Below, piece after piece: positions 37,386 through 48,429 of a DNA stretch of 64,000 bases. The stretch is taken from positions 208,134,001 through 208,198,000 of the forward strand of contig NC_042997.1 in NCBI RefSeq assembly GCF_006345805.1. Reading direction: 5' to 3'. This DNA comes from Octopus sinensis (taxonomy: Eukaryota). A program made the translations under genes and the position numbers. Numbering within the stretch: position 1 is the stretch's first letter; each line of letters begins with the position of its first letter. A model generated the notes under the pieces. The model saw nothing but the letters and a program-made list of their open reading frames with translations, had not been told where the DNA came from and made no database searches.

Positions 37386-37649
37386 GGGTGTGGGTGGTAT
37401 TCATTTCCAGGGTGACTGTATCAGAAAGAAATAAAACAATGTTTTTATTAGCAAAGTAACTAGTTGTAAAACCTCAAGAAGCAATGGAAAGTAGCAGATA
37501 TTCTGATGCTGCACCAATGACCAGCTGGTGGAAGATCTGCCTAGTGTTAAACTAGTAGTAACATAGAGCGGCCACTTTAATGTGGCAATGAACTTCAGTG
37601 TTTCTATTTTTGGAGATATATTCATCAAATTTGGGTCAGTTTGTCTTCA

Positions 37650-38600
37650 TGACATGTTCTGTTGATTTCAAATGATGAACCTGCCTTTGATCTCAATGAC
37701 AGCCTCCGGGCAACCTCAGATCTGGTCGCAGGACTTTGTCACTATCTCCCAAGCTGTAGCATCTTGCTGCAACACATACAGCATCCCTGTAGCTACCTGG
37801 TTAATCCATGGCTTCCCTACTTTGCTCAGAACACGGATGTAGCCGTCAGTGTTCAGCCTGAGGCTCTCGGGGAAGAAGTAGGGTGGCATGATATCACCTT
37901 CACTGCTGATAACACTAAAGTCCATGACTGCCGCTGGAAATGTCTTCTGCATTCCTCTTGGATGAGACAGTAAGTCACCTGTTGTTCTGGGAGTTGGTCT
38001 TCTGGTCTTGGCAGAAATTCTCTTCTCATCAGAGAAGCACCACAAAATGTCTCGCTCCAGCAGCTGTTTCAACTTGTTGATCAACTTCTTGGTGTGTTTC
38101 AGTCACTTTCCCTGAATTGTCTTTGACAGAAATTGTCCTTTCGTCATCTCTTGTATGAAAAGTAGCAAATATTCTTCAGCAGCACCAGCCTGATGAGCTT
38201 TTCATTCACACCTTTCTACCATGTAACGGCACTGATTCAACTGCTGGGATCATTGTTGATGATCTCCTAAATTCCAGCATTCTGGAATCATGGATTTTAC
38301 TCACTGCTGTCACCTCATAGTTGAATCCTGTATCTTCCAGCTCCTTTCTGACATTCTCCATCATCCTTCTACTGACATTGAGGATGTCTGAAATCTTGTT
38401 TGTCTTTCTATCATGGATTCCAAGCAGAACTCCTTGCCTCCTCCACAAATGGGGGTGGTTCAAAATTTTCCATAGTCAATTATTTGGCAAAAAGTAAATT
38501 TTAAAAATGGTTACTGTATTTTTAAAAGAAAAAAAACTGACAATGAAAGTCAAACAACATATATGTAAAATTAACAGTTGAAAATTGCACCACACCTCTT
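37650..38600 (-). mobile_element. Tc1/mariner-superfamily transposase remnant (maT/DD37D-like)
   Basis: Minus strand ISDILNVSRR HTH, FSDEK, and VISSEGDIMPPYFFPESLRLNTDGYIRVL..KPWI..VLQQD. TIRs not resolved. Confidence 0.75.
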
Positions 38601-38611
38601 GCACACTCACA

Positions 38612-40500
38612 ATTTACTTCCGCCTCAAAATCCACAAACCTAACAACCCTGGCCACCTCCATCATCTCTACCTGCAACTACCCCACCAAACTCATCTCCA
38701 GATATCTTGACCTTTGACCAAACCCCCAGCCTCACACATCCACACTCCTTTGTCTGGCCGAACTTGTCCTCTCACTTAGCTGCTTCTCGATCGTGGATGA
38801 TTTTTACCAGCAGTCTCAGGAAAGGCCATGGGAACAAGATTGGGCCCCAACTATGCAAAACTGTTCATTAGCTACATTGAGGCCCAAATATTCTCAAGTT
38901 TCACTGGTCCCACTCTCGAATTATACGGTTGTTATATTGACGACTGTATTGGTGCAACCTCACTCTCCCGTGAACAACTAGACTCCTTCCTCTCTTTTGT
39001 CAAATCTTTCCATCCCACCATCTACTTTTCCTGCACTATTTCCAACACTTCAGTTGCCTTTCTTGACATTTTGGTCAGTATTCATCACTCCACTCTCACC
39101 ACCTCCATCCACTACAAACACACCGACTCACACTCATACCTAAACTTCTCCTCCCACCCTAAACACACCAAGCTCTCCATCCCCTATTCTCAATTCCCCC
39201 ATCTACACAGACCATGACTTTGAGACTCAGTCTCAACTCATGGCTCACCACTTTATCCTACATGGATATTCCCTCACCACCACCCACACCACTGTGGACT
39301 GTGGATCTGCTCTCTCCTCCCTGCACCTGCCCCACTGTCACCTGTCTCTTGATTCTTCTTATCTACCCCCCACCACCCTACCTCTCCAACACACCATTCT
39401 CTGAGCCTTCAGGCGACTCCAGTCCGACTCCTCCACTTCGCCCATCTTACCTAACCGACCCCTCCCCTCCTTCAAACGAGCGCACAACCTACAAGACCTC
39501 TTGGTCCACAGCTTCTTCTCTAACCCAATCTCCCAACCCGCCTCGTTCCTCTGCTCCCACCCATGCTGCCGCACTTTCCCTTACCTCTCCAACACCACCC
39601 TCCTCACAGGCACCCATCATCGATCCTGTTATATCACTCACTCCTCCACCTGCCCTTCTAACAACGTCATCTACTACATCTCCTCCTCTCTCTGTCCTTC
39701 TCTATACATCAGTCAAACGGGATGCCGCTTGGCTGACCGGTTCATGGAACACTTCCGAGACATCAGACTTGGCAATGACACCCCAGTCTCACGCCATTTC
39801 CACTCTACTGGTCATTCTTTACAACACCTCTCTGTGTTCAGATTGACCTTGCACAAGGGCCATTTGGACTCCCATCTTCGCCATGAACAGGGATTAATCT
39901 TCTCTCTTCGCTCGCTCCTTCCCTCACCTTTCTTCCTCTCACACCTACTTCCTCCCCCATTTCTCCTCTCTTGCTCTGACACTTCCCCTCTTCACTCCTA
40001 CCCACCTTCTCCCTTCCACCCTCTTCCTTTATCGTCACCCCCTCCCTCATTACCCCCACCCCTACACTTTCCAACTCCACCATCCCTATACATCGTATCC
40101 CACCCCACCCCATCCCTTAGACCCCCCACCCACACCACACTTCACACCACCATACCAAACCACATCACACCACCCCTGCATACACTAGCACTGACCACTT
40201 CCCAGCACCCAGTACACACGTCGGGTTTACCAGCCCCCTTCCACACACACATACACGCTCTCACATACACATGCACGCGCATCTTCGTTTTGGGATCACC
40301 ACAACTTTATTATCTCCCTTTCTTCCTGTGTGACCCCGCTGTCCGGCATTCGCCATGACAGATTGCTAGCCACTAAACCTTTTTCATTTTCTCTCCCTGT
40401 TTATTTCTGTGTTCCTTCCTGTCAAAGAGCGTAGGCTCAAAACGTAAGACTTTCTCACTTCCCAAGTGTTAAACTAATACATCTGTTTGTTGTTTACACA
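38612..40500 (+). mobile_element. Degenerate Penelope-like retroelement (RT + GIY-YIG), different subtype from the 4553 copy
   Basis: KIHKPNNPG..IIS.C.YPTKLISRYLD; LGPNYAKLF..YIDDCIG; SIHYKHTDSHSYL; NVIYYI..C..LYISQTG.RLADRFMEH. Confidence 0.88.
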
Positions 40501-40882
40501 CCCATCTTTTGTTTTTTTGTAAATTCTCACTATATATATATATGTGTGTGTGTGTGTCTGTGTGTGTGTGTGTGTGTATGTATGAGTTAGAGGTTAAGTA
40601 ACCATCTAAGTATTTATAACCAATTGTTTACTAATGCAGGGCAATATCGCAACTGAATATTAGGTATGAGTGATGGTAAATTAGAAATTTACCCAGGATT
40701 TATAAGGCAAATAAGAAAATGGAGAGGATAAACAATTGACAGACATCAGCCAGTAAACATTCAATTATGTCTATTTATTAATTGATTACTATTACTTTTA
40801 CTATTTCTGTTATATTATTTTTATTTTATTTTACCCCATTATTTTAACTTCTTTTCCTACATGTTAGTTTCCTAACATTTGG

Positions 40883-41016
40883 ACTCTCTGAAGAAGCCTT
40901 AGGGCTCAACCACTGTCCAATCACTGTCCAATGTTTGTTCATCCCTGTTTATCACTGACATGATGAGGATAACTTGGAAGATTTGGCAGCCTCATCGTAG
41001 AAACGGCTGTAAGAGT
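40883..41016 (+). ncRNA. Hammerhead-like motif with a long helix II insertion
   Basis: ACTCT-CTGAAGA-A-(103 nt)-A-GAAA-C-GGCT-G-TA^AGAGT. Helix I is a perfect 5 bp; the base of helix II pairs weakly. Confidence 0.5.
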
Positions 41017-41219
41017 TTAGTATTTGTACACCCATCTATTATTATTCATTCATTTCTATATACATATCCGTTTACATATTTATTGACTTATTTCATTTGT
41101 TTACTTGCATCACTTACACATATTTGTAATCAATAAATAGATATAATTGAATGTTTACAGAATGATGTCTGTCGATTGTTTATCCTCTCTACTTTCTTAT
41201 TTGCCTTATATATACATAC

Positions 41220-41517
41220 CCGTGCCAGTGGAGCGCTAACAGCTCCATCCATGCAGGATCACTGCCAGAGCAGCTGTCTGGCTTCCATGCCGGTGGCACA
41301 TGAAGAGCACCATTTGAGCATGATCGTTACCTGCGTTGCCTTACTAGCACCCACTACACTCTCAGAGTGGTTGGCGTTAGGAAGAGCATCCAGCTGTAGA
41401 AACTCTGCCAGATCAAGACTGGAGCCTGGTGCAGCCATCTGGTTCACCAGTCCTCAGACAAATCGTCCAATACATGCTAGCATGGAAAGGGGACGTTAGA
41501 TGATGATGACAATGATG
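41220..41517 (+). mobile_element. RTE 3'-UTR copy
   Basis: CACTACACTCTCAGAGTGGTTGGCGTTAGGAAGAGCATCCAGC...GCATGGAAAGGGGACG followed by (GAT)n. Confidence 0.85.
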
Positions 41518-41559
41518 ATATATATATATATATAAAATATGTATTTTTTCAATGTATAC

Positions 41560-41990
41560 AAATAACATGGAAAAAATAAATGAATAGTTACCAGGGTAGC
41601 AAAAATTCACATAAGTACTAAGGATATTACATCTTACTTATAAAGGTAGAAATTCCAGGGTTTAGTGAAATGCTTTTTGTATGACATAGATAAATAAAGA
41701 AATGGAGTTAAACACAATTGAATATTCAAATCTTTATACTTCTGACATATGTTTCGAAGAAAACATTGGTATTATTGCAGAAGGAATAAAATGATGTCAA
41801 ACAATGTGATCTTCTCATCAAGGAAAAAAGAGAAAGAAAATATACCAACAAGCCATTTTAACCGAATGTGATTACTGCATATATGATGAAGGGAATGCTG
41901 GCAAATTATGTTTTTAAAAACCATTAATAGGTTTGTCAAAGGCAATTTAGAGGAGAAAGAAACAAATTAGCAGAAAACTAAGAGTGGAGA
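41560..41990 (-). mobile_element. PLE pLTR fragment (same family as 1840-2067)
   Basis: Sequence similarity to 1840-2067, plus an embedded hammerhead motif. Confidence 0.55.
41739..41825 (-). ncRNA. Degenerate hammerhead motif (C3U)
   Basis: Minus strand TTCC-TTGATGA-GAAGA..ACATTG...CAATGT..TCTTC-GAAA-C-ATAT-G-TC^AGAAG. Confidence 0.55.
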
Positions 41991-42009
41991 AATATAGCGC
42001 GATACATGA

Positions 42010-42870
42010 ATGGGAATAAAGGACTTCTAACAAGAAAGAGACTTCTCAAAAATGAAAATTCTGACAAGAATGGCACTTCTGACAATCTGGAAATTCTAAC
42101 AGAAATGGGACTTCACACAAAAGTGTGAATTCTAACAGAATGGGATTTCTCAGTAAAATGAGATCTCAAAAAAGTACTGGATTTCTTAGGAGAAGAGGAC
42201 TTCTCACAAAAATAGGAATACTAACAAGAAAGGAATTCTCAGAAAAATGGGACTTCTAAAACAAAACTGGGACCACTAACAAGGACGGGACTTCTAACAA
42301 GAATTGGAATTCTCACAAAACCGGGATTACTAACAAGAATGGGACTCCTCAAAAAAATGGAACCTCGAACAAAAATGGGATTTCTAAGAACAATGGGACT
42401 TCTAGCAAGAAGGGGATTTTAAACAGGAATGGGAATTCTCACAAGAATGTGATTTCTCACAAAAATGGGATTTTTTACCAAAATGGAACTTCTAAAAAGA
42501 AGGGAACTTCAAGCAACAATGGGACTGCTAACAGAAATGGGACTTCTAACAAGAATGAGATTTCTCACAAAAGAGAGGACTGCTAACAAGAAAGGGACCT
42601 TTCACAAAATAGGAATCCCAAGAAGATTGGGACTTCTCACGAAAATGGGGTTTTTCACATGAATAGGATTGCTACCAGGACTTCCAAGGGGAATGGAGCT
42701 TCTCACAAAGATGGGATTTCTAACAAATGTGGGTCTTCTAACAAGAAAGAGGCTTTCAAAAGTGACTTCTAAAGAGATTGGAGCTTTTTACAAAAATGGG
42801 ACTTCTAACAAGAATTGAACTTCTTTAAAAACATAGAGTTCTCACAAAAATGGGAGTGCTAAACAATATG
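42010..42870. repeat. Degenerate ~18-bp minisatellite (consensus ~ATGGGACTTCTAACAAGA)
   Basis: GGGACTTCT/GGGATTTCT...ACAA(G/A)A recurs about every 18 bp. Confidence 0.9.
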
Positions 42871-43096
42871 GGACTCCATCCTTATTGGTATCTTCGAGGA
42901 TGAGTCAATTGGCATTCTTCAGTTAGTGTTAGTGAAGCTTCCTTTGCTTCTTAACAAATGTTCTGTTTGCATTTACAGGCTCTGAGAGTGAATTTGGAAA
43001 TTTGCGTCTATATATGTATATAAATGTTTGTCACTCCCCCTACATGTAAGGGGTGAAGTAAGATTTATTTCTAAATGCTGACTCATCATTTATATT

Positions 43097-43230
43097 CTTA
43101 ATGGGGACGAAATTTGCACCCTCATATGCTAACCTCATTATGGGTTTCTTACAAGGAAAACTATACAAGTAAGTAGAAAAGGCTTTCGACCAAAATTTCA
43201 AGAAAGATGTTATTGGAAACAGGTTATGCA
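43097..43230 (+). pseudogene. Small PLE reverse transcriptase fragment
   Basis: Translates MGTKFAPSYANLIMGFLQGKLY, matching the PLE motif MGTxxAPSYANLFM. Confidence 0.65.
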
Positions 43231-43544
43231 GGTAGTGATTCAGCATGGTCACTACTGTACATAATTAACCCATACAGGTTCTGCACCAAACTAACTTTCC
43301 CAGAAAATAAGGTTAGACAGAAATAATCAAACAGGAGTACTTGAATACTCATGATTGACACTCTCCATGCATATTATTTTCTATGGAATCAATGAACATT
43401 GGAGCAAGTGTATGCTTTCATTTGAAATTGGACTTTTTTGGATTTCATTCCTATTTGATAGTAATTATGTTACTATAACCATGGTCTGACCAAAGCCCTG
43501 TGAGTGGATCTGGTAGACAGAAACTGAAACCTCTCGTGGATCAG

Positions 43545-45215
43545 GTGATGAAAATTGCAGAGAGAGTCCTAGCCTAATTAATCTGGGAGAGAATCTAGAT
43601 GAGATGCAGTTTGGATTTGTGCCAGGGAGAAGCACCACTGATGCTATATTTCTGGTAAGACAGCTGCAGGAGAAATTCTTATCAAAGATAAACCTTGGCT
43701 TTTGTTGACTTGGAGAAAGTTTTTGACAGAGACCCCAGTCCCTTATCTGGTGGTCAACATAGCAACTAGGAATAGACGAGTGGTTGGTGAGAGTTGTACG
43801 AGCCTTGTACAGGGATGCAATCAGTAAGGTGAGGTTGGGCAACGAGTACAGCAAAGAATTCAGGATGCAAGTAGGGGTTCACCAAGGATCGGTGCTCATC
43901 CCTCTCTTGTTCATCATAGTTCTCCAGGCAATAACAAAGGAATTCAAGACAGGCAGCCCCTGGGAGCTCCTCTATGCTGATGACCTTGCTGTTATAACTG
44001 AATCACTACCTGCACTAGAGAGGAAGTTCCCGGTATGGAAACAAGGTCTAGAATCAAAGGGCCTTAGAGTTAACCTAGCAAAAACCAAAGTAATAGTAAG
44101 TATTAAGGCAGACAGATCACAAATCCCTTCAGGTAGATGGCCCTGCTCAGTCTGTAGAAAATATGTAGGTAGAAACTTCACAAGATGGACCTAGTGTAAG
44201 CTTTGGATACACAAAAGGTGCAGCAACATCAAAGGAAGGTTAACAGAGAAACTTTCCTTTGTATGTAGGAGTTGTACAGGCATAATAAATGCTGAACATG
44301 TGCAGAAAATAGACTCCGTCAACTGCCAGGTAGTCAACAGAAAGAGGTAGTAGATAGCTTCTGGTATCTAGGTAACCAGGTCAGTAGTGGAGGTGGTTAT
44401 TCCAAGAGCATTGCTGTGAGAATAAGATTAGTTTGGGCAAAGTTCAGAGAGCTGCAACCCCTGCTGGCAACAAAGGGCTTCTCTCTCAGAGTGAAAGGCA
44501 AATTGTTTACTGCCTGTGTGTGAATATCAATGCAGCATGGCAGTGAAACATGGGCTATAACAGTGGAGGACATGCGTAGGCTTGAGAGAAATGAAGCCAG
44601 TATGATTTTCGAAACTTGAACCTCACAGAAGCAATGACTAGAGACCAAGACCTTTGATGATGTGCTCTGCTTAAGAAGACTCATCAAGTCAAGTGCACCC
44701 ATACTGGTGGCACAAAAGAAAATCAACCTTGAATATTGGGCCTCACAGAGACAAAGTGGCTGAGTTCCTTTCGAGTGTTGGGCCTCACAGAATCAAGGTG
44801 GCTGAGTTCCTTTTGAGCATTGGTCCCATGGCGGCAAAGTGGCTGAGTTCCTTTCGAGCATTGGGCTCCATGGTGGCAAAGTGGCTGGGTTACTTTCGAG
44901 TTTTGGGCTTCACGAGGCAATGACCAAGACCTTTGGCATTACGTCATTCTTGAGAAGAAGATCCATCAAGTGGAGCACAATTGCAGTCATGGCAGATACT
45001 GGTATCATGCAAATGGCACCTGTGCCAGTGGCCCGTAAAAATACCCATTACACTCTTGGAGTGGTTGGCATTAGGAAGGGCATCCAGCTGTAAAAGACCA
45101 TGCCAAATCAGACTGGATCCTGGCTCAACCTTCCAGTGTGTTACCTCCTGTTATATCATCCAACCCATGCCAGCATGGACAACGGATGTTAAATGATGAT
45201 GATGATGATGATGAT
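43545..45215 (+). mobile_element. 5'-truncated RTE LINE with duplicated ORF end and (GAT)n tail
   Basis: LDEMQFGF, GVHQGSVL.PLLF, LLYADDL. The ORF-end sequence occurs at about 44630 and again at about 44915, followed by the 3'-UTR and (GAT)n. Confidence 0.88.
44756..44915. repeat. ~42-bp tandem repeat, 4 copies
   Basis: GTGGCTG(A/G)GTT(C/A)CTTT at 44756, 44798, 44839 and 44881. Confidence 0.9.
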
Positions 45216-45333
45216 ATATACATGCATGTGTTTGTTCCCACTACCACTTGATAACTGGTGTTGGTGTGTTTATGCCAATGTAACTTAGTGGTTCAGCAAA
45301 AGAGACTGATAGAATAAGTACCATACTTTAAAA

Positions 45334-45820
45334 CTCGCTGCGTCGTTCTTGCTGAGGGCGAGGTGCATTTGCCCGTCTCCGTCGGTTAGCCGTGCCTGTG
45401 CTTTACGTGGAGCGACGGGCCCGCTCGAGAATAGCGTGTGGATCCCCATGACTGCCGCCGCAAAAACGGCAGTGGCGGGGCTCTCATCTGCAACCTGCGG
45501 ACGCAGCGCACCTACCGGCCCGACAGGAGACGGGTCGCGACGACGGATCGGAGGAAAGGTGCGTCCGATGCCTTCGCCCCGGGAATATCAAACGCCGACG
45601 AGGCGGCAGATGACCGCCCGCGGAACGAGCGGCCGCCACTGGTGCATTTGTCATCGACGACGGCGCCTCGGCGGGAAGCAGCGGACTGAGTCTCCTCGTG
45701 ATCGGTCCTACCCGTTTACCCCTGGGCGGTTTCACGGTCTCTTGAACTCTTTCTCCAAAGTTCTTTTCAACTTTCCCTCGCGGTACTTGTCAGCTCTCGG
45801 ACTCGTCCCCATATTTAGCT
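45334..45820 (-). rRNA. Isolated 28S rRNA fragment (conserved core before D2 plus part of the D2 expansion); non-functional dispersed copy
   Basis: Minus strand GCTAAAT...ACAAGTACCGCGAGGGAAAGTTGAAAAGAACTTTGGAGAAAGAGTTCAAGAGACCGTGAAACCG..GGTAAACGGG, followed by a GC/CpG-rich expansion. Confidence 0.92.
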
Positions 45821-46300
45821 ACCAGTAGCACTCAATTGACTCAATGGGTGTGACTCTCTGATCTCACTCTGCTGCCTTATAGATAGACTTTTTAGTCAAA
45901 GGCTCCGGGTGGGGTCTCCTAAGCTGATCCCCTACTCCGGCATAGGCAACCAGGTAGTATACGCCTACTGAAAACCATGGATCCTTTTCTCTCTTTCACC
46001 ATGGTTTGGATGGCACGAGCAGGAGGGGCTCGTCAGCCATGGTTGGCAACCCTCCTAGGAGAGGATAACTCTGACTTGAAACCTACGTCCTGAGAATCTC
46101 GGTGTCACCGTCCCAGCTCGCTAGGCCATGGTAGATGAACCTTGTGCTTAAAGGGTGGGGCCAGTTTGCGTGCACTGCACTTCACCTTAAAACTCCTTAG
46201 TGCAGGCCAAAGGACACTAAGGTTGATCCACTTGACTAAAAATTCTTCAAGGCAGTACTGCTCCAGCATGGACAGAGAGTTGTGATGAAACAAACTGAAG
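45821..46300 (+). mobile_element. Possible RTE (BovB-like) 5'-UTR fragment
   Basis: GCTCGTCAGCCATGGTTGGCAACCCTCCTAGGAGAGGATAACTCTGACTTGAAACC resembles RTE 5' leader sequence as I remember it; no ORF follows. Confidence 0.45.
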
Positions 46301-46370
46301 ATATTTGAATATTGTAATTCTTATTTCAAAATCAAATAATTTGAACAGAATAAAAATGGTAAATTCTTAC

Positions 46371-46619
46371 CTGTACTGATGGCAGGAATTGCAATTGATG
46401 TATAAGACTTTCTTTCAAGGACTGCCAAACAATTTTGAACAGATACTGAAAGGTAATACATTTCCTGATCCCTTCCATTATTCCAAATGGGTCCAACAGC
46501 ATGAATGATAGTCTTGCATTTGAGTTTACCAGCTTTAGTTGACACTACTTCTCCAGTTTTCAGTTCACTCCTTCTTTTTTTCATAATTTTGTTAGATTCA
46601 ATTTGAATTTCAGGCCCAC
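46371..46619 (-). CDS. PARP14-like gene, macro domain middle exon (249 nt, phase 1-1)
   Basis: Acceptor tctttgcag|GTGGG, donor ACAG|gtaaga. Reads GPEIQIES...GEVVSTKAGKLKCKTIIHAVGP...SIAIPAIST(G). Confidence 0.93.
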
Positions 46620-47504
46620 CTGCAAAGACATTTGCCTTCTTATGTTCCTGTTTAATACATGTTAATATATGTCAATAATATTAATATGCCACACATGACA
46701 CGTGTGTCACGCTTAAGAGAAAGAAATTCTTGAAAGAAGTTTTGTTGCTTAAATAAAATTTTTTAAGTGGGTCTCTTGTAATTTCTGGGAGAGATTTGAA
46801 ACTACAACCTATGTGTTGTATTACTACTTCTCAGTACCCATGCCTTCTGGGTCACTGAAGCAACAACGGTCTTAATGAGAAAATTAAGATACTTAAATTT
46901 GATGCTGGGTGTCATATAAGGGAGAGAGGAAGTGAGAGAGAAAGAGACAGAATGAAAAAGAGAGAGAGGGGGGGAGAGAGATGACAGCATGAAGCTGTCT
47001 TTTCAGAGTGGCTGATTATTTGAATTCTTTTCTATGATTAAACTGAAATTGACTCCTGGCTATTAAACGTCCAAGTACACACACATATGCACACACATTT
47101 CTTTTAGGTCTTCTACCTATTTGAATTCGGCCATACACCAGATGACATGGTAAGTCTTATGTTCCAATGCTTAAATTTTGAATTTGTTTTAACTATAAAA
47201 TTACACCTCAGCTAAAAAACATCTTTTGGCTTTCAAATACAAACTTTTCTTTCTCTTTCTATATTTTTTGTTAAGTTAGAATTTCTCTGTTTTAATCAGG
47301 ATGTTTCCAATTCTTTTCTTTTTCTTTTGCTATCAAGTAAGCATTTAAAAATAAATTTAAAACCATGGAGTTGAAGAAAATCAATAATATTCTATTTTCC
47401 CCTATAGTATGACAGAGATTTCACTGTTATTTCTATCAAATTATTGATGTATATAAGTAAACAAAAACTAAAATACACACACACATACACACGGATATAT
47501 CAAC

Positions 47505-47537
<33 letters not shown>

Positions 47538-47961
47538 ATAATAAGTGTCACATGGTGGAAATAAACACAACTTTCTCTTTCTATATTTCTTAAGTTAGAA
47601 TTTCTCAGTTTTGGTCAGGATTTTCAAATTTCTTTTTTCTTGTATCAAGCAATTGGCAAAAGCATTTAAAAAAAATTGAATTCATGGAGCCAAACAAAAT
47701 CATAAATATTGATTCTATTTTTTCCCTTTACTTTTTACTTTCCTACAATATAATTAATTACCGTATCCTAGGGAACGTGTCCTTGCATATTAGGCGAGTA
47801 TTTCAGAAATATTTTCGCCTTTTAAACAAAAACTGTCTAATACATTCAGATATGTTTTTTCAATTGAAACACTCTGAATCATTTTGGACATCACTTGAGT
47901 GATTTTTATGTTCATTTACAACCATCGTGTGTTGTCAAGACCTGGCTACTCACCCACACAC

Positions 47962-48006
<45 letters not shown>

Positions 48007-48429
48007 GTATATATATATATATTATATATATATATATATATATAATATATATTATATATATATATATTGAGTATGTATATACCTCCCAAAGGGCTGTTAG
48101 GATCCAAGTTCCACGGTTTTATCCAATGTGTCGGTGAGATAATAAAAAAGATGTTAGCTTCTCATTGATGCAAAAGAGTATATTATCATTTATGTATAAG
48201 GAAAGAAAATGGAGAAATTCCCATAACAAATAACATCAATTGAGCATTTCATTAGGGTTAGAAATCAAGAGAAAAAAGAATCCCATCCCACAGTTATGCA
48301 CATGTTAATGTTTTTTAAATAAACCCTTACTTGTGTTGATGCATTGTTTTTATTATTAGTATTGTTGTTGTTGTTATTATTATCTTATTTATGTGCATGT
48401 GTGTGTTAATATAATTGCAAAACAACAGG

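Noticed and set aside
39847-40358. Pro-rich extension of ORF 39501-40358 as a host protein
   Set aside because: C/T-rich low-complexity 3' region of the Penelope-like element read through from the GIY-YIG frame.
40419-40450. CTGTCAA-A-GAGC-GTAG-GCTC-AAAA-CGTA at the PLE 3' end as a hammerhead
   Set aside because: The helix II hairpin is present but both core segments are mutated (no CUGANGA, GAAA changed to AAAA); at most a dead relic.
42465-42662. Hexapeptide-repeat protein ORF
   Set aside because: Lies within a degenerate 18-bp minisatellite; short and interrupted, with no splice context.
45334-45820. Functional rDNA unit or an R2-type site-specific insertion
   Set aside because: Only ~490 bp of 28S is present, with no 18S/5.8S/ITS, and it is far upstream of the canonical R2 target site.
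45349-45828. GC-rich ORFs of 83-159 aa
   Set aside because: Spurious frames over the 28S rRNA fragment.
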